From contig OZ245842.1 of the NCBI GenBank assembly GCA_965228895.1, positions 2,304,001 to 2,368,000 on the forward strand: 64,000 nt of DNA, given 5' to 3'. Source of the DNA: Alphaproteobacteria bacterium (GTDB taxonomy: Bacteria > Pseudomonadota > Alphaproteobacteria > SP197). This document shows positions 39,487 through 49,032 of this stretch, piece after piece (within the stretch, counting starts at the first letter, position 1; each line of letters begins with the position of its first letter). The notes under the pieces are model-generated. The model had not been told where the DNA came from. It ran no database searches and saw nothing but the letters and a program-made list of their open reading frames with translations. The translations under genes and the position numbers were made by a program.

Positions 39487-40800
39487 ATGGGCCGTTACGA
39501 CAAATCGATTGCAATCCAGGAAGAAGCGCGCCGATTCTTGGCCGGCGGCGTCAGCAGCAACTTCCGGTACCACACGATTCCCGTGCCGCTGTGTTTTGAG
39601 CGTGGTGACGGTCCCTATCTGTGGGATGCCGACGGCAACCGCTATATCGACTATGTCCTGGGCAACGGTCCGGCGATCTTGGGCCACAGTCCGGCCGGTG
39701 TTTTGGATGCGGTGCGCCACTCTCTTGATATCGGGCAGGCGTTTACGGCTATTCATCGTGGCGAGCTGGACCTGGCGCGCCGCCTGACCGAGATCATTCC
39801 CTGCGCCGAGCTCGTGCGTTTTGACATATCCGGTACGCAGGCCGACCAGATTGCGCTGCGCCTGGCGCGCGCCCACACCAACCGCACGAAGGTCATCAAG
39901 TTCGAAGGTCAGTATCATGGTTGGGCCGACAATATTCTGGCCAGCGTCGGGCCGGCGTTGAACGAGGCCGGCCCCAGCGATCATCCGACGACGGTCCTGC
40001 ACAGCCGTGGTCAGTTGGAGAACGTCGCGGAAACCTTGATCGTTCAACCGTTCAACGACATCGATCAGGTCGATGCCACGCTTAGGGAACACGCCGGCGA
40101 AATCGCCGCCATCGTGTTGGAGCCAATCGCCTGCAATTCCGGCGTTGTCGAACCGGAGCCGGGCTATCTCCAAGGTCTGCGTGCGCTGTGTGATCGCGAA
40201 GGCGTGGTGCTGATCTTTGACGAGGTGATTACCGGTTTTCGTGCCGGCTTGGGCGGTGCCCAGGAACGTTATGGCGTGACGCCGGATCTCGCCGTCTTTG
40301 CCAAGGCGGCGGCAGCCGGTTTCGCGATCAGTATCGTTGCCGGAAGACGTGATATCATGGAAGGCGTCATCGACGGTGTCATTCACGGCGGCACCTACAA
40401 TGGCCTGACGTCCAGCATCGCGGCATGCAGCGCGGCGATCGACGAGCTGGAGCGAGATGAGCGGGCTGCTTATCGGCGCATGGACAATGCCGGCGGTCGA
40501 TTGGTCGACGGATTAAACGACCTCGGCCGCAAGCACGGTTTGCCGCTGCATGCCCAGGGCATCGGCGCCATCTTCACGACAGTCTTTTCCGAGAACGGAC
40601 CGCTCAAGAACTATCGCGACTACAAAAGCACGGACGAAACCATGCGTTTACGTTTCGTCGAAGAAATGCAAAACCGTGGCGTGCGCGTCACCGCGCGGGG
40701 CACCTGGTTCATGTCAACGGTGCATGGCGATAGCGAAGTGGATGCGACGCTCGAAGCCGCCGATGCGGCGCTCGCGGCGATGTCTCAATCCCCGTCCTGA
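39487..40800 (+). CDS. Class III PLP aminotransferase (glutamate-1-semialdehyde aminomutase-like)
   Basis: WDADGNRYIDY, FEGQYHG, LIFDEVITGFR, FAK, HGGTYNG. Confidence 0.9.
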   Translation: MGRYDKSIAIQEEARRFLAGGVSSNFRYHTIPVPLCFERGDGPYLWDADGNRYIDYVLGNGPAILGHSPAGVLDAVRHSLDIGQAFTAIHRGELDLARRLTEIIPCAELVRFDISGTQADQIALRLARAHTNRTKVIKFEGQYHGWADNILASVGPALNEAGPSDHPTTVLHSRGQLENVAETLIVQPFNDIDQVDATLREHAGEIAAIVLEPIACNSGVVEPEPGYLQGLRALCDREGVVLIFDEVITGFRAGLGGAQERYGVTPDLAVFAKAAAAGFAISIVAGRRDIMEGVIDGVIHGGTYNGLTSSIAACSAAIDELERDERAAYRRMDNAGGRLVDGLNDLGRKHGLPLHAQGIGAIFTTVFSENGPLKNYRDYKSTDETMRLRFVEEMQNRGVRVTARGTWFMSTVHGDSEVDATLEAADAALAAMSQSPS

Positions 40801-41957
40801 TCCTGGTCGGCGAAACCAAAGGTCCCCTGCTCGACCAGCCAGGCCAACACCATGTCGACTGTTTCAGGTGCGAAGAGCCCGCTGATCATGGCGTGGTCGA
40901 TCGACGTGGCTGACGCCAGCACGCTCGCGAGTTCCTGCGGACAGGCAATCGACGCGCCATCGGCGAACAGGAGCGAACGGCCGTCGGATAACGCACCATG
41001 CGCCAGACGTGAACCGGCCCAGCGTTCCAGGACATCGCCCGCCGCCAGCCGCTCGCGAATGGACTGGCCGTCAAGTGGGATCGCCGGCGGGTGCGCGGGC
41101 ATACGCGGTTCGCTTGTCAACTCGCCCACAAGAGCCATCATCTGATCGGGATCCTGCGCGCAGGCCAGGAGGATGTCGGCCATCGCTTTGACGTCGGCGG
41201 GATCTATTGACGTCGTATCGCCATCGCAGGCTGGACGACCGGCATCAGTGAACCGGGGTTCGCTTTCGGCGTCGTTCAACCAACGGACGAGCAGCTGATC
41301 GGCGAGTTTGCTGGAGAGATCTGTAAGACCCGGCGCTCTGAAGCCAATCGACAACGTCACGCTCATGTCGTCCAGCGCGACGCCGTCATGTGGCACGCCC
41401 GGCGGCAGATAAAGCACGTCGCCTGGTTCGAGATCGTGCTGCTCCTCCGGTTCAAACGATGATTGGAGGCGCAGCGGTTGATTCGGCACAAGCGGCGACA
41501 CCGGACCGCCATACGCCCAGGACCGGCGGCCCTGAGCTTGCAGCAGGAAGACGTCGTACTGATCGACATGAGGACCAACGCCGCCACCGGCCGCCGATAG
41601 AGACACCATCACATCGTCGACGCGCCAGCGCGGCAGAAAACCAATGCTAGCGATCAGGTCGTGCAGTTCCGGCACCCAGACTTCCGTCGACTGAATCAGC
41701 AACGACCAGCCGGCCTCCGGCAGATCATCGAAGGTCGCCGGATCAAGGGGGCCATGGGTGACGTCGAACGTTCCTCCACGGCGAACCACAAGGCGAGACT
41801 GGACTTGGGGTTCGCACGCGAGATCGAACAGGTCATCGGGATCGAAGGGCAGGACAAAACCGGCAAAGGCTGCCGGACACATCAGGGTCCGCTGTTGCCA
41901 TATACTGGTCAAGAAGTGTTGGGATGTCGTTCCATCAGGAAATCGGAATGTATTCAT
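40785..41957 (-). CDS. roxA: JmjC ribosomal protein uL16 arginine hydroxylase (RoxA/YcfD-like)
   Basis: WRVDDVMVS, GGGVGPHVDQYDVFLLQ, PGDVLYLPPGVPH, SIGFRAP. Confidence 0.8.
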   Translation of the reverse strand: MNTFRFPDGTTSQHFLTSIWQQRTLMCPAAFAGFVLPFDPDDLFDLACEPQVQSRLVVRRGGTFDVTHGPLDPATFDDLPEAGWSLLIQSTEVWVPELHDLIASIGFLPRWRVDDVMVSLSAAGGGVGPHVDQYDVFLLQAQGRRSWAYGGPVSPLVPNQPLRLQSSFEPEEQHDLEPGDVLYLPPGVPHDGVALDDMSVTLSIGFRAPGLTDLSSKLADQLLVRWLNDAESEPRFTDAGRPACDGDTTSIDPADVKAMADILLACAQDPDQMMALVGELTSEPRMPAHPPAIPLDGQSIRERLAAGDVLERWAGSRLAHGALSDGRSLLFADGASIACPQELASVLASATSIDHAMISGLFAPETVDMVLAWLVEQGTFGFADQDQDGD

Positions 41958-42116
41958 GCCAAACCTGCCATGCGACACGCACTACACGCGACCAGTTGAT
42001 CAAGAACCGAACCGATCGAGTTGCCTTGCGGTAAAAAACGCGCTGAAATAGGTCTTAACAAGGGTTCTGCGGCCTCGGCCGCTCCAATAACGGTGGTTTC
42101 AAAGGGAGAAGATAGT

Positions 42117-43214
42117 ATGACGATCAAGAAGTTTACGACCACACGACGGGACGTGCTGAAGAAAACGACCGTTGCCGCGGCCGCCAGCACGCTTCCCGTC
42201 GGTACATTTCTGCGCCGCGCTTGGGCGGCAGAGCCGATCAAGGTTTCGTCCTATGGTGGTTATTTCGAAGACATGCTGTCGGAATACGCCTATCCGGAGT
42301 TCGAGAAAGCATCCGGCATTCAAGTCGAAACGGTTTCCCAGCCCGGCGGCTATGCCTGGTTCACGCAGCTTGAGAACGGCATGTCGGCAGGCAACGCGCC
42401 CGTGGACATCACCATGGCGGCCGGCGGTTCGATGCGTCGCGCCAATCATCTCTTCACGCCACTCGACCCGGCACGTGCGCCGAACATGGCGAACATTCCC
42501 GACTATCTGATCTATCGGAACGCGGACGGACTGCCGGTCGGTTCACCCATGCTTGCCTGGTACACGACGTTCGTGACCAATGTTGAAACTTGGCCTGAAG
42601 CGCCGACAAGTTGGGCCGATGCGTGGGATCCGAAGTATGTGGATTCCTTCGGTTGGGCAAACAGCGCCGACTCCAGTTATCTGATTGACATTGTCGCCCG
42701 CACGTTTTTTGACGGCCAGGACATCATGAAGTCCAAAGACGGTCTGATCACCTGCATGGAGAAAGGCGTCGAACTGAAGGACAACGTCAAGCTCTGGTAC
42801 AATGACGAAGGTCAGTTCCAGGCGATGTTGCAGTCTGGCGAACTGACTGGTGGCCAGTACTATCATGACGTCACCGAAGTCATGATTGCCGACGGCTTCC
42901 CGATGCGCTCGACCTTCCCCAAGGAGGGCGGCGTGATCGACTTTGGTGCCTGGGCCATGTTGACCAGCACCGACAAGGTCGATCAGTGCTATGAGTTCAT
43001 CAACTGGTGCGCCTCGCCTGAAGCACAGACCGTGACAACGGAGAACCTGTGGACCGCCCCGGTTCTACCGCGCGATATGCTTCCCAATCTGTCGGATGAA
43101 TCCTTCAATCTGGCGTCAAGTGAAATCCCGCCTATCGTTATCGACTATGACATCTACGTCGAAAACGGAGACTGGATCGCCGAGAAGTGGCAAGAGCTGC
43201 TGACCGGAGCGTAA
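42117..43214 (+). CDS. ABC substrate-binding protein, PotD/PotF-like (Tat)
   Basis: TRRDVLK, YGG, PTSWADAWDP, PKEGG; RBS AAGGGAG. Confidence 0.9.
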   Translation: MTIKKFTTTRRDVLKKTTVAAAASTLPVGTFLRRAWAAEPIKVSSYGGYFEDMLSEYAYPEFEKASGIQVETVSQPGGYAWFTQLENGMSAGNAPVDITMAAGGSMRRANHLFTPLDPARAPNMANIPDYLIYRNADGLPVGSPMLAWYTTFVTNVETWPEAPTSWADAWDPKYVDSFGWANSADSSYLIDIVARTFFDGQDIMKSKDGLITCMEKGVELKDNVKLWYNDEGQFQAMLQSGELTGGQYYHDVTEVMIADGFPMRSTFPKEGGVIDFGAWAMLTSTDKVDQCYEFINWCASPEAQTVTTENLWTAPVLPRDMLPNLSDESFNLASSEIPPIVIDYDIYVENGDWIAEKWQELLTGA

Positions 43215-43226
43215 GGGAATTCCTTT

Positions 43227-43262
43227 GGGCGGGGGCTTAAGACCTCCCGCCCTTTCCCTTTT
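43227..43262 (+). terminator. Intra-operon hairpin with T-rich tail after the binding-protein gene
   Basis: GGGCGGGGG-cttaaga-CCTCCCGCCC followed by TTTCCCTTTT. Confidence 0.6.
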
Positions 43263-43306
43263 CATGACGCCGTCCCGAAAGGGACTGGGGCAAGGCGGAT
43301 GATTTT

Positions 43307-44362
43307 ATGAGCGGCCTTCAGCTATCCAGCATCACAAAGAAGTTCGGGCAGATTACCGCTGTCCACGACATCAACCTCGAGATCCCTAACGGTAAGTTCG
43401 TTTCATTTCTGGGGCCATCGGGGTGCGGCAAGACGACATTGCTGCGCATGATTGCCGGTCTTGAGGCACCGACCGATGGTGCGATCCTGCTTGACGGCGA
43501 AGACATCACGCCGATCCCGACCCATCAACGCAGTATCGGCATGGTCTTCCAGTCGCTCGCGCTGTTTCCCCACCTTAGTGTCGGGGACAACGTGACCTAT
43601 GGTTTGCGCATCCGCGGGATGGACAAGGCAAAGCGGCGGGCCCGCGCGGGTGAGTTGCTGGACCTGGTTCGCTTGCCCGGCGTCGAGGAACGTCGGGTCT
43701 CTCAGTTGTCTGGCGGTCAACGGCAACGTGTCGCGATCGCCCGTGCGCTGGCTTTGGAACCAAAGCTCTTTTTGCTCGACGAGCCGCTATCGGCACTCGA
43801 CGCTAAGCTGCGCGAAGAAATGCAGGTCGAACTGCGTATTCTTCAAGAGCGCCTGGGTATCACCACGATCATCGTGACGCACGATCAGCGCGAAGCCATG
43901 ACCATGTCCGATGAAGTCGTGGTCATGTCGACGGCGAAGATCCAGCAGATGGGCCCGCCGCTCGAAATCTACCGGACGCCGGCAACCGCGTTTGTCGCCG
44001 AGTTTATCGGCACCAGCAACTTGATGAACGTCAAGGTGATCGGTGAGGGTGAGGTAGAAGCGCACGGCGAGCGGTTTACCGTGGAAGCGATTGCCGATGG
44101 CCTTGCCGCAGGATCCGATGCGGTGTTGTCAATCCGTCCCGAAGAAGTTCACGTGTTGCCGTCCAGCAATGTCGGTCCAAACCAAATGACCGGCAAGGTT
44201 ACGTTTGTGCGCGATGTCGGCGCGAGTATCGAGACCTTTGTCGACTGTGGCGACCACACCGTCGTCGGCCTGGCGACACCGAAGGAACGGCCGGACATTG
44301 GGGTCGGCGACGAGGTCCGCGTTGAATTGCCGGCCGAAGCGTGCGTGGTCGTCAAGCCATGA
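43307..44362 (+). CDS. ABC ATP-binding protein, PotA-like
   Basis: GPSGCGKT, LSGGQRQR, LLDEP, C-terminal TOBE-like region. Confidence 0.95.
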   Translation: MSGLQLSSITKKFGQITAVHDINLEIPNGKFVSFLGPSGCGKTTLLRMIAGLEAPTDGAILLDGEDITPIPTHQRSIGMVFQSLALFPHLSVGDNVTYGLRIRGMDKAKRRARAGELLDLVRLPGVEERRVSQLSGGQRQRVAIARALALEPKLFLLDEPLSALDAKLREEMQVELRILQERLGITTIIVTHDQREAMTMSDEVVVMSTAKIQQMGPPLEIYRTPATAFVAEFIGTSNLMNVKVIGEGEVEAHGERFTVEAIADGLAAGSDAVLSIRPEEVHVLPSSNVGPNQMTGKVTFVRDVGASIETFVDCGDHTVVGLATPKERPDIGVGDEVRVELPAEACVVVKP

Positions 44363-45294
44363 GCGTTGCCGAGGCATCGACACCGGTGGTGGAAGATGAA
44401 CGCCATGGCGTTTTCTATCGGTTCTTCATTACTGGCATCGTCGAACCGATACGCCGGTATCCGCTGGGCCTGTATCCCACCATCATGCTCGGGGTGTTCT
44501 TTTTCATTCCGTTCCTGATCATGGTCGATATCAGTTTCTGGCACCGTGTTGAGTCGCGCAATTACGTGCGGGCGTTTGAACTCACGCACTACGCGCGGTT
44601 CTTTTCGCCGCTCTTCACACGGCATCTTTGGGTTTCCGTCCAGTTCGCCATGCTGGCAAGCGCCTTTTGCTTGGTCGTTTCCGTCCCATTCACTTATTTC
44701 CTGAGCCGGTTCCGGCGCAAAGGCCAGGTTGTGGCGCTGGTGTTTGTGCTGTGCGTTCTTTCGCTCTCCGAAGTGATCATTGCCTATTCGTGGTCGGTCC
44801 TGTTATCGCGCTCAGCGGGCATACCGAAGTTTCTCTTTGAAATTGGCATTCTGGATAGCCCGGGCTCCTGGTTCCCTGGCTTCTGGGCGGTGATGTGCGG
44901 TCTGACCTATTTCAACGTGCCGCTGGCCATCCTGGTGCTCTATCCCCAGTGCACGCGTCTTGAGCGCGAATTGACCGAGGCCGCGCAGACGCTTGGCGCG
45001 TCTCCCATCGTGACGTTCTGGACCGTCGTCATCCCGCTTCTCTGGAAGGCGATCCTGGCCTGTTTCATCCTGCTCTTTGTCTTCACCATGGGGGCCTTCG
45101 TGACGCCGTTGTGGTTGGGTGAACCGGAGAACACGATGTATGCCCAGCTTATTGCCGATCAGATGCTGAGTCGGAACAACGCTCCGTTTGCGGCGGCGCT
45201 CGGCGTCTTCCTGGTCATCGTGACCCTGGCCCTTGTGGCCGTTACCTTTGTCCTGGGTAAGGAACGCAGCCCGGTTGCGGGAGCAAGACGATGA
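44359..45294 (+). CDS. ABC permease, PotB-like
   Basis: Multiple TM segments; EAAQTLGA. Confidence 0.92.
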   Translation: MSVAEASTPVVEDERHGVFYRFFITGIVEPIRRYPLGLYPTIMLGVFFFIPFLIMVDISFWHRVESRNYVRAFELTHYARFFSPLFTRHLWVSVQFAMLASAFCLVVSVPFTYFLSRFRRKGQVVALVFVLCVLSLSEVIIAYSWSVLLSRSAGIPKFLFEIGILDSPGSWFPGFWAVMCGLTYFNVPLAILVLYPQCTRLERELTEAAQTLGASPIVTFWTVVIPLLWKAILACFILLFVFTMGAFVTPLWLGEPENTMYAQLIADQMLSRNNAPFAAALGVFLVIVTLALVAVTFVLGKERSPVAGARR

Positions 45295-46094
45295 TTGTTT
45301 CTGTCTGCAAACGCATCTTCATTATCGTGTCGTTCATCGTGCTCAGCGCACCGCTGTTCATCGTTGCCGGTGTCTCGCTGAACGAAAAGAAGCTGATGTT
45401 CTTCCCGCCCAGAGGCCTCTCGCTCAAATGGTACCCTGAGGTCTTCGAGAAGACGGTCTGGTTCGAGGCGTTGAGCAACAGTTTGATCATCGCAGCCTGC
45501 GCCGCGCTGCTGGCCGTTTCGATTGCGCTGCCGACATCCTACTTCCTGTGGCGCTACCGCGTTACTTACGCCAAGGTCCTGTTTGGCCTGGGTCTTGTGC
45601 CGTTCTCTCTGCCGCCCGTGATCACCGCGCTCGGCATGTTGATCTTCTGGGCGCAGTGGATCGGGTATGCCGGTCGCATCGAGAACATCATCATCGCGCA
45701 CGGCGTGTTTCTTGTGACCTTGCCCATGGTGATGATTTCCCTGGGCCTTGAGTCGATCGAGCAGGAGTTGCTGGAGGCCGCCGAAACCATGGGCGCCAAC
45801 CGACGCAAGGTGTTCACCACCGTCATCTTTCCCATGGTGTTCCCCTATATGTTTGCGGGATACGCCTTTGTGTTCGTGGTCAGCATGAACGAATACATCA
45901 TCTCGTTCTTCCTCGGCCAATCGGCGACCATCACCCTGCCGGTGCAGATTCTGTCGAGTCTGAGGTCAGGTTATTCGCCTGTGACGGCATCGGTCGCGGT
46001 CATGTTCATTCTGCTCGCGGTGGTCGTCTTCTCCCTTGTCGCCCGCTTCAGCGACCTGCCCAAATTGTTGGGCGCGTGGTCGCCCAAGGAGTAA
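45291..46094 (+). CDS. ABC permease, PotC-like
   Basis: FPPRGLSLKWY; EAAETMGA; TLPV. Confidence 0.92.
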   Translation: MIVSVCKRIFIIVSFIVLSAPLFIVAGVSLNEKKLMFFPPRGLSLKWYPEVFEKTVWFEALSNSLIIAACAALLAVSIALPTSYFLWRYRVTYAKVLFGLGLVPFSLPPVITALGMLIFWAQWIGYAGRIENIIIAHGVFLVTLPMVMISLGLESIEQELLEAAETMGANRRKVFTTVIFPMVFPYMFAGYAFVFVVSMNEYIISFFLGQSATITLPVQILSSLRSGYSPVTASVAVMFILLAVVVFSLVARFSDLPKLLGAWSPKE

Positions 46095-46126
46095 GTTTCG
46101 GGTCCCACATTCACTGAGGATACGCC

Positions 46127-46780
46127 ATGTACAAACTCCACGGCGGTTCGTTCACACGCGCTCTGGCGCCGCAAATGGTCTTGGAAGAAGCGGGCCTGCC
46201 TTATGAACTCCATGTCGTCGACATGGCGGGTAAGGAGTTTCGCAACGAGGCCTACCGCAAACTCAACCCGGCGGGTTTCGTGCCGGCGCTTGAGACACCG
46301 GAGGGTGATGTCCTCCACGAGGCCGCCGCCATCATGCTCTATCTGACCGACCGACACGGGTTGGAGGACTTGGCGCCATCACCGACCGATCCGCAACGTG
46401 GTGTCTTCTTGAGCAAACTCTTCTACTTCACCAACGACCTGCAGCCGTCGTTCAAGCGGTTCTACTATGCCTCGCGCTACGCCTTGCATAAATCCGACAT
46501 CGACGACTTGCGAGCCCAATGCCGCGAGATCATCCTCGAGCGTTGGCAGGTGCTGGAGGACTGGCTGGCGACGAACGGTCCCTATCATCTGGGCGACCGG
46601 ATGACGTTCGCCGATTTGCACTTGGCCATGTGGATCGCCTACGGCTTTGACAAACCTGCCGATTTTCTGGACGCGTTCCCGGCCTCGCGCCGGCTCTATG
46701 ATCTCTGCCTGAAACGCCCGGTCGCCGGTCCCATGCTGCGTGACCTCGTGGATATCATCGCAGGACGTAGAGCGGCGTAA
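46127..46780 (+). CDS. Glutathione S-transferase family protein
   Basis: NPAGFVPAL, EAAAIMLYL, TFADL. Confidence 0.9.
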   Translation: MYKLHGGSFTRALAPQMVLEEAGLPYELHVVDMAGKEFRNEAYRKLNPAGFVPALETPEGDVLHEAAAIMLYLTDRHGLEDLAPSPTDPQRGVFLSKLFYFTNDLQPSFKRFYYASRYALHKSDIDDLRAQCREIILERWQVLEDWLATNGPYHLGDRMTFADLHLAMWIAYGFDKPADFLDAFPASRRLYDLCLKRPVAGPMLRDLVDIIAGRRAA

Positions 46781-46783
46781 AAA

Positions 46784-47575
46784 CTAGAGGTCTGTCATCA
46801 GGTCGCTGTTCTTCAGGTCGGTCACCAGCATCGCGCCTGGCGTGTGCGTGATGCAGATCTCTGGCTTGGCGCGCTCAAGCGCGACCTGAGGCGTCACGCC
46901 ACATGCCCAAAACACCGGTATCTCACCGTCGCGCAGGACGGCGCGATCGCCGAAGTCGGGTTTGTTCAAGTTCATGATGCCGATCGCGGCGGGATCGCCG
47001 ATTTGTACCGGCGCGCCGTGGGCGTGGGGAAAGCGCGCCGTGATGATCTCCGCGAGACCAGCATCTGCCCGCGTAAACGGCCGCATGGAGACCACCATCG
47101 GTCCGCCAAACGGCCCGGCCTCGCGGGTCGGTATCGCGCTTCGATACATCGGCACGGTCGTATCCTGTTCGATGTGGCGCAGGGAAAGGCCCGATGCCAT
47201 CAAAGCCTCCTCGAAGGAGAACGAGCAGCCGAGCACGAAGGCGACGAAGTCGTCGCGCCACAGTCCGGTGATGTCGCCACTATCACCGGCGTACCGGCCG
47301 TCATGAAAGATGCGGTAGGACGGTAGGTCGCTGCGCATGTCGACCGCCTCGCCCAGGTCCGGAAGCGACGGATCACCGGGCGCTGAGCGTCCCAGCAGCG
47401 GGCATGGTTTCGGGTTATTCGCGCAATACTGTGAGAAATCGTCCGCATAGGTTGCCGGCAGTATCACCACATTGCCCTGGACGAAGCCTGGCGCCTGACC
47501 AGCCGTATGAACGGTATGACGACCAGACCGTGCCGCGGCACGAAGTGCCTTGGGTGATGTGTGGATGTCCGTCAT
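46784..47575 (-). CDS. DUF1445 / D-glutamate cyclase-like hydro-lyase
   Basis: [42 protein letters not shown]. Confidence 0.9.
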   Translation of the reverse strand: MTDIHTSPKALRAAARSGRHTVHTAGQAPGFVQGNVVILPATYADDFSQYCANNPKPCPLLGRSAPGDPSLPDLGEAVDMRSDLPSYRIFHDGRYAGDSGDITGLWRDDFVAFVLGCSFSFEEALMASGLSLRHIEQDTTVPMYRSAIPTREAGPFGGPMVVSMRPFTRADAGLAEIITARFPHAHGAPVQIGDPAAIGIMNLNKPDFGDRAVLRDGEIPVFWACGVTPQVALERAKPEICITHTPGAMLVTDLKNSDLMTDL

Positions 47576-47751
47576 GTGACACTAACGCGCAGGTTTGCTC
47601 CCGGTATGCGAGCATCTTGCCACATTAACGGTCAGCCGCGGGGCGAAAGTTCCACGTTGTCAGGTGTTCGAACAGTTTCGGCGTTCACCAATTCACTTGA
47701 GTGGCATAGAGTGCCGGTGGACCGCCACACTGGATGCAGGGAGAGAACATC

Positions 47752-48906
47752 ATGACAAAGATTATGGATATTGCAGAGTTCCGGTCGCGCTTGGATAACC
47801 ACGACATCTCGCGCCGTGACGTTCACAAGGTCTTGGCCTCTGTCGGCTTGGGCACGGCAATGCTGCCAGCGATCCCCGGTATGGCGCGTGCGCAGGATGG
47901 CCTCGGCACCGACACCGATCTCATGGTGTTCACATGGGCGGGCTACGACGTGGCGGAGCTTGCCGGTAGCTACATCGAAAAGCACGACGCCTTGCCTTCC
48001 TTCACGCTTTGGGGTGAGGAAGAAGAAGCGTTTCAGAAGATGCGCGCCGGTTTCAGGCCCGACATCGCCTGGCCGTGCTCCTATAGCCTGAAGCGCTGGT
48101 GGGATGCCGGCCTTCTCGCCAACCTCGACACCAGCCGTCTAGACCATTGGGACGACGTTTTCTCGTCCCTCAAGACGATCGAAGGCGCTCAGATCGAGGG
48201 CGAGCAGGTCTTCTTCCCGCTTGATTGGGGCAACAGCTCGGTCCTGTTCCGGCCCGACTTGGCGCCTGAATACGCGGGTGCCGAGAACCATTCGTGGATG
48301 ATACTGTTCGACGAGAAATATGCCGGCCGGCTCGGCATTTACGATTCCGTCGATGGTGTCTTCGGTGTCGTCGGCGCGGTGATTGGCGCTGAGAACCCGT
48401 TCGATATGACCGACGAAGAACTGGAACGCGCGACCGAGATGATGCGCAAACAGCGTGACGTCTTGCGGTGGTACTGGACCGACATCACCTCGGTCGAGCA
48501 AGGATTGGCGACTGGCGAGCTCGTCGCGTCCTATGCCTGGAACAGTTCCGTCGTCGAACTCAAAAAACAGGGTGTCGAGATCGAGTACATGAACCCCAAG
48601 GAAGGCATCTATACCTGGGTTTGCGGCCTCGTTCACATTGCGACCGGCGAAGGCAATCAAGACAAGGTCTACGACTACCTGAACGCCGTGTCCTCAGTCG
48701 AATCCGGCATTTTCGAGATCACCGAGTATGGCTACGGCCACTCAAACAAGAAAGCGTTCGAGGCGGTGCCTGAGGAAACCTTGGCCGACCTTGGGCTGAC
48801 TGATCCGGAGACCTTCCTCTCGAGCAGCCGTTTCTTCTCTGAGATCCCGCCGACGACCCGCGAGAAATACATCGCGCTGTTCGACGAAATCAAGGCGGGT
48901 TTCTGA
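47752..48906 (+). CDS. Orphan PotD/PotF-family substrate-binding protein (Tat)
   Basis: SRRDV, FTWAGYD, PLDWG, PKEG. Confidence 0.9.
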   Translation: MTKIMDIAEFRSRLDNHDISRRDVHKVLASVGLGTAMLPAIPGMARAQDGLGTDTDLMVFTWAGYDVAELAGSYIEKHDALPSFTLWGEEEEAFQKMRAGFRPDIAWPCSYSLKRWWDAGLLANLDTSRLDHWDDVFSSLKTIEGAQIEGEQVFFPLDWGNSSVLFRPDLAPEYAGAENHSWMILFDEKYAGRLGIYDSVDGVFGVVGAVIGAENPFDMTDEELERATEMMRKQRDVLRWYWTDITSVEQGLATGELVASYAWNSSVVELKKQGVEIEYMNPKEGIYTWVCGLVHIATGEGNQDKVYDYLNAVSSVESGIFEITEYGYGHSNKKAFEAVPEETLADLGLTDPETFLSSSRFFSEIPPTTREKYIALFDEIKAGF

Positions 48907-48932
48907 GCGAAATCACTTACTGAGCGAGCATC

Positions 48933-48966
48933 ACGGGTCGGCCTTATGCCGGCCCGTTTTGTTTTC
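48933..48966 (+). terminator. Rho-independent terminator
   Basis: ACGGGTCGGC-cttat-GCCGGCCCGT followed by TTTGTTTT. Confidence 0.8.
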
Positions 48967-49032
48967 ACTGGGCGTTTTCAAGTGCGACTGACCCGCCTAT
49001 TCTCTCGGCACACGGTCGGGGTTTAAGGGGAC

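Noticed and set aside
47702-47714. TGGCATAGAGTGC as a sigma54 promoter
   Set aside because: GG-to-GC spacing is 8 nt rather than the required 10.
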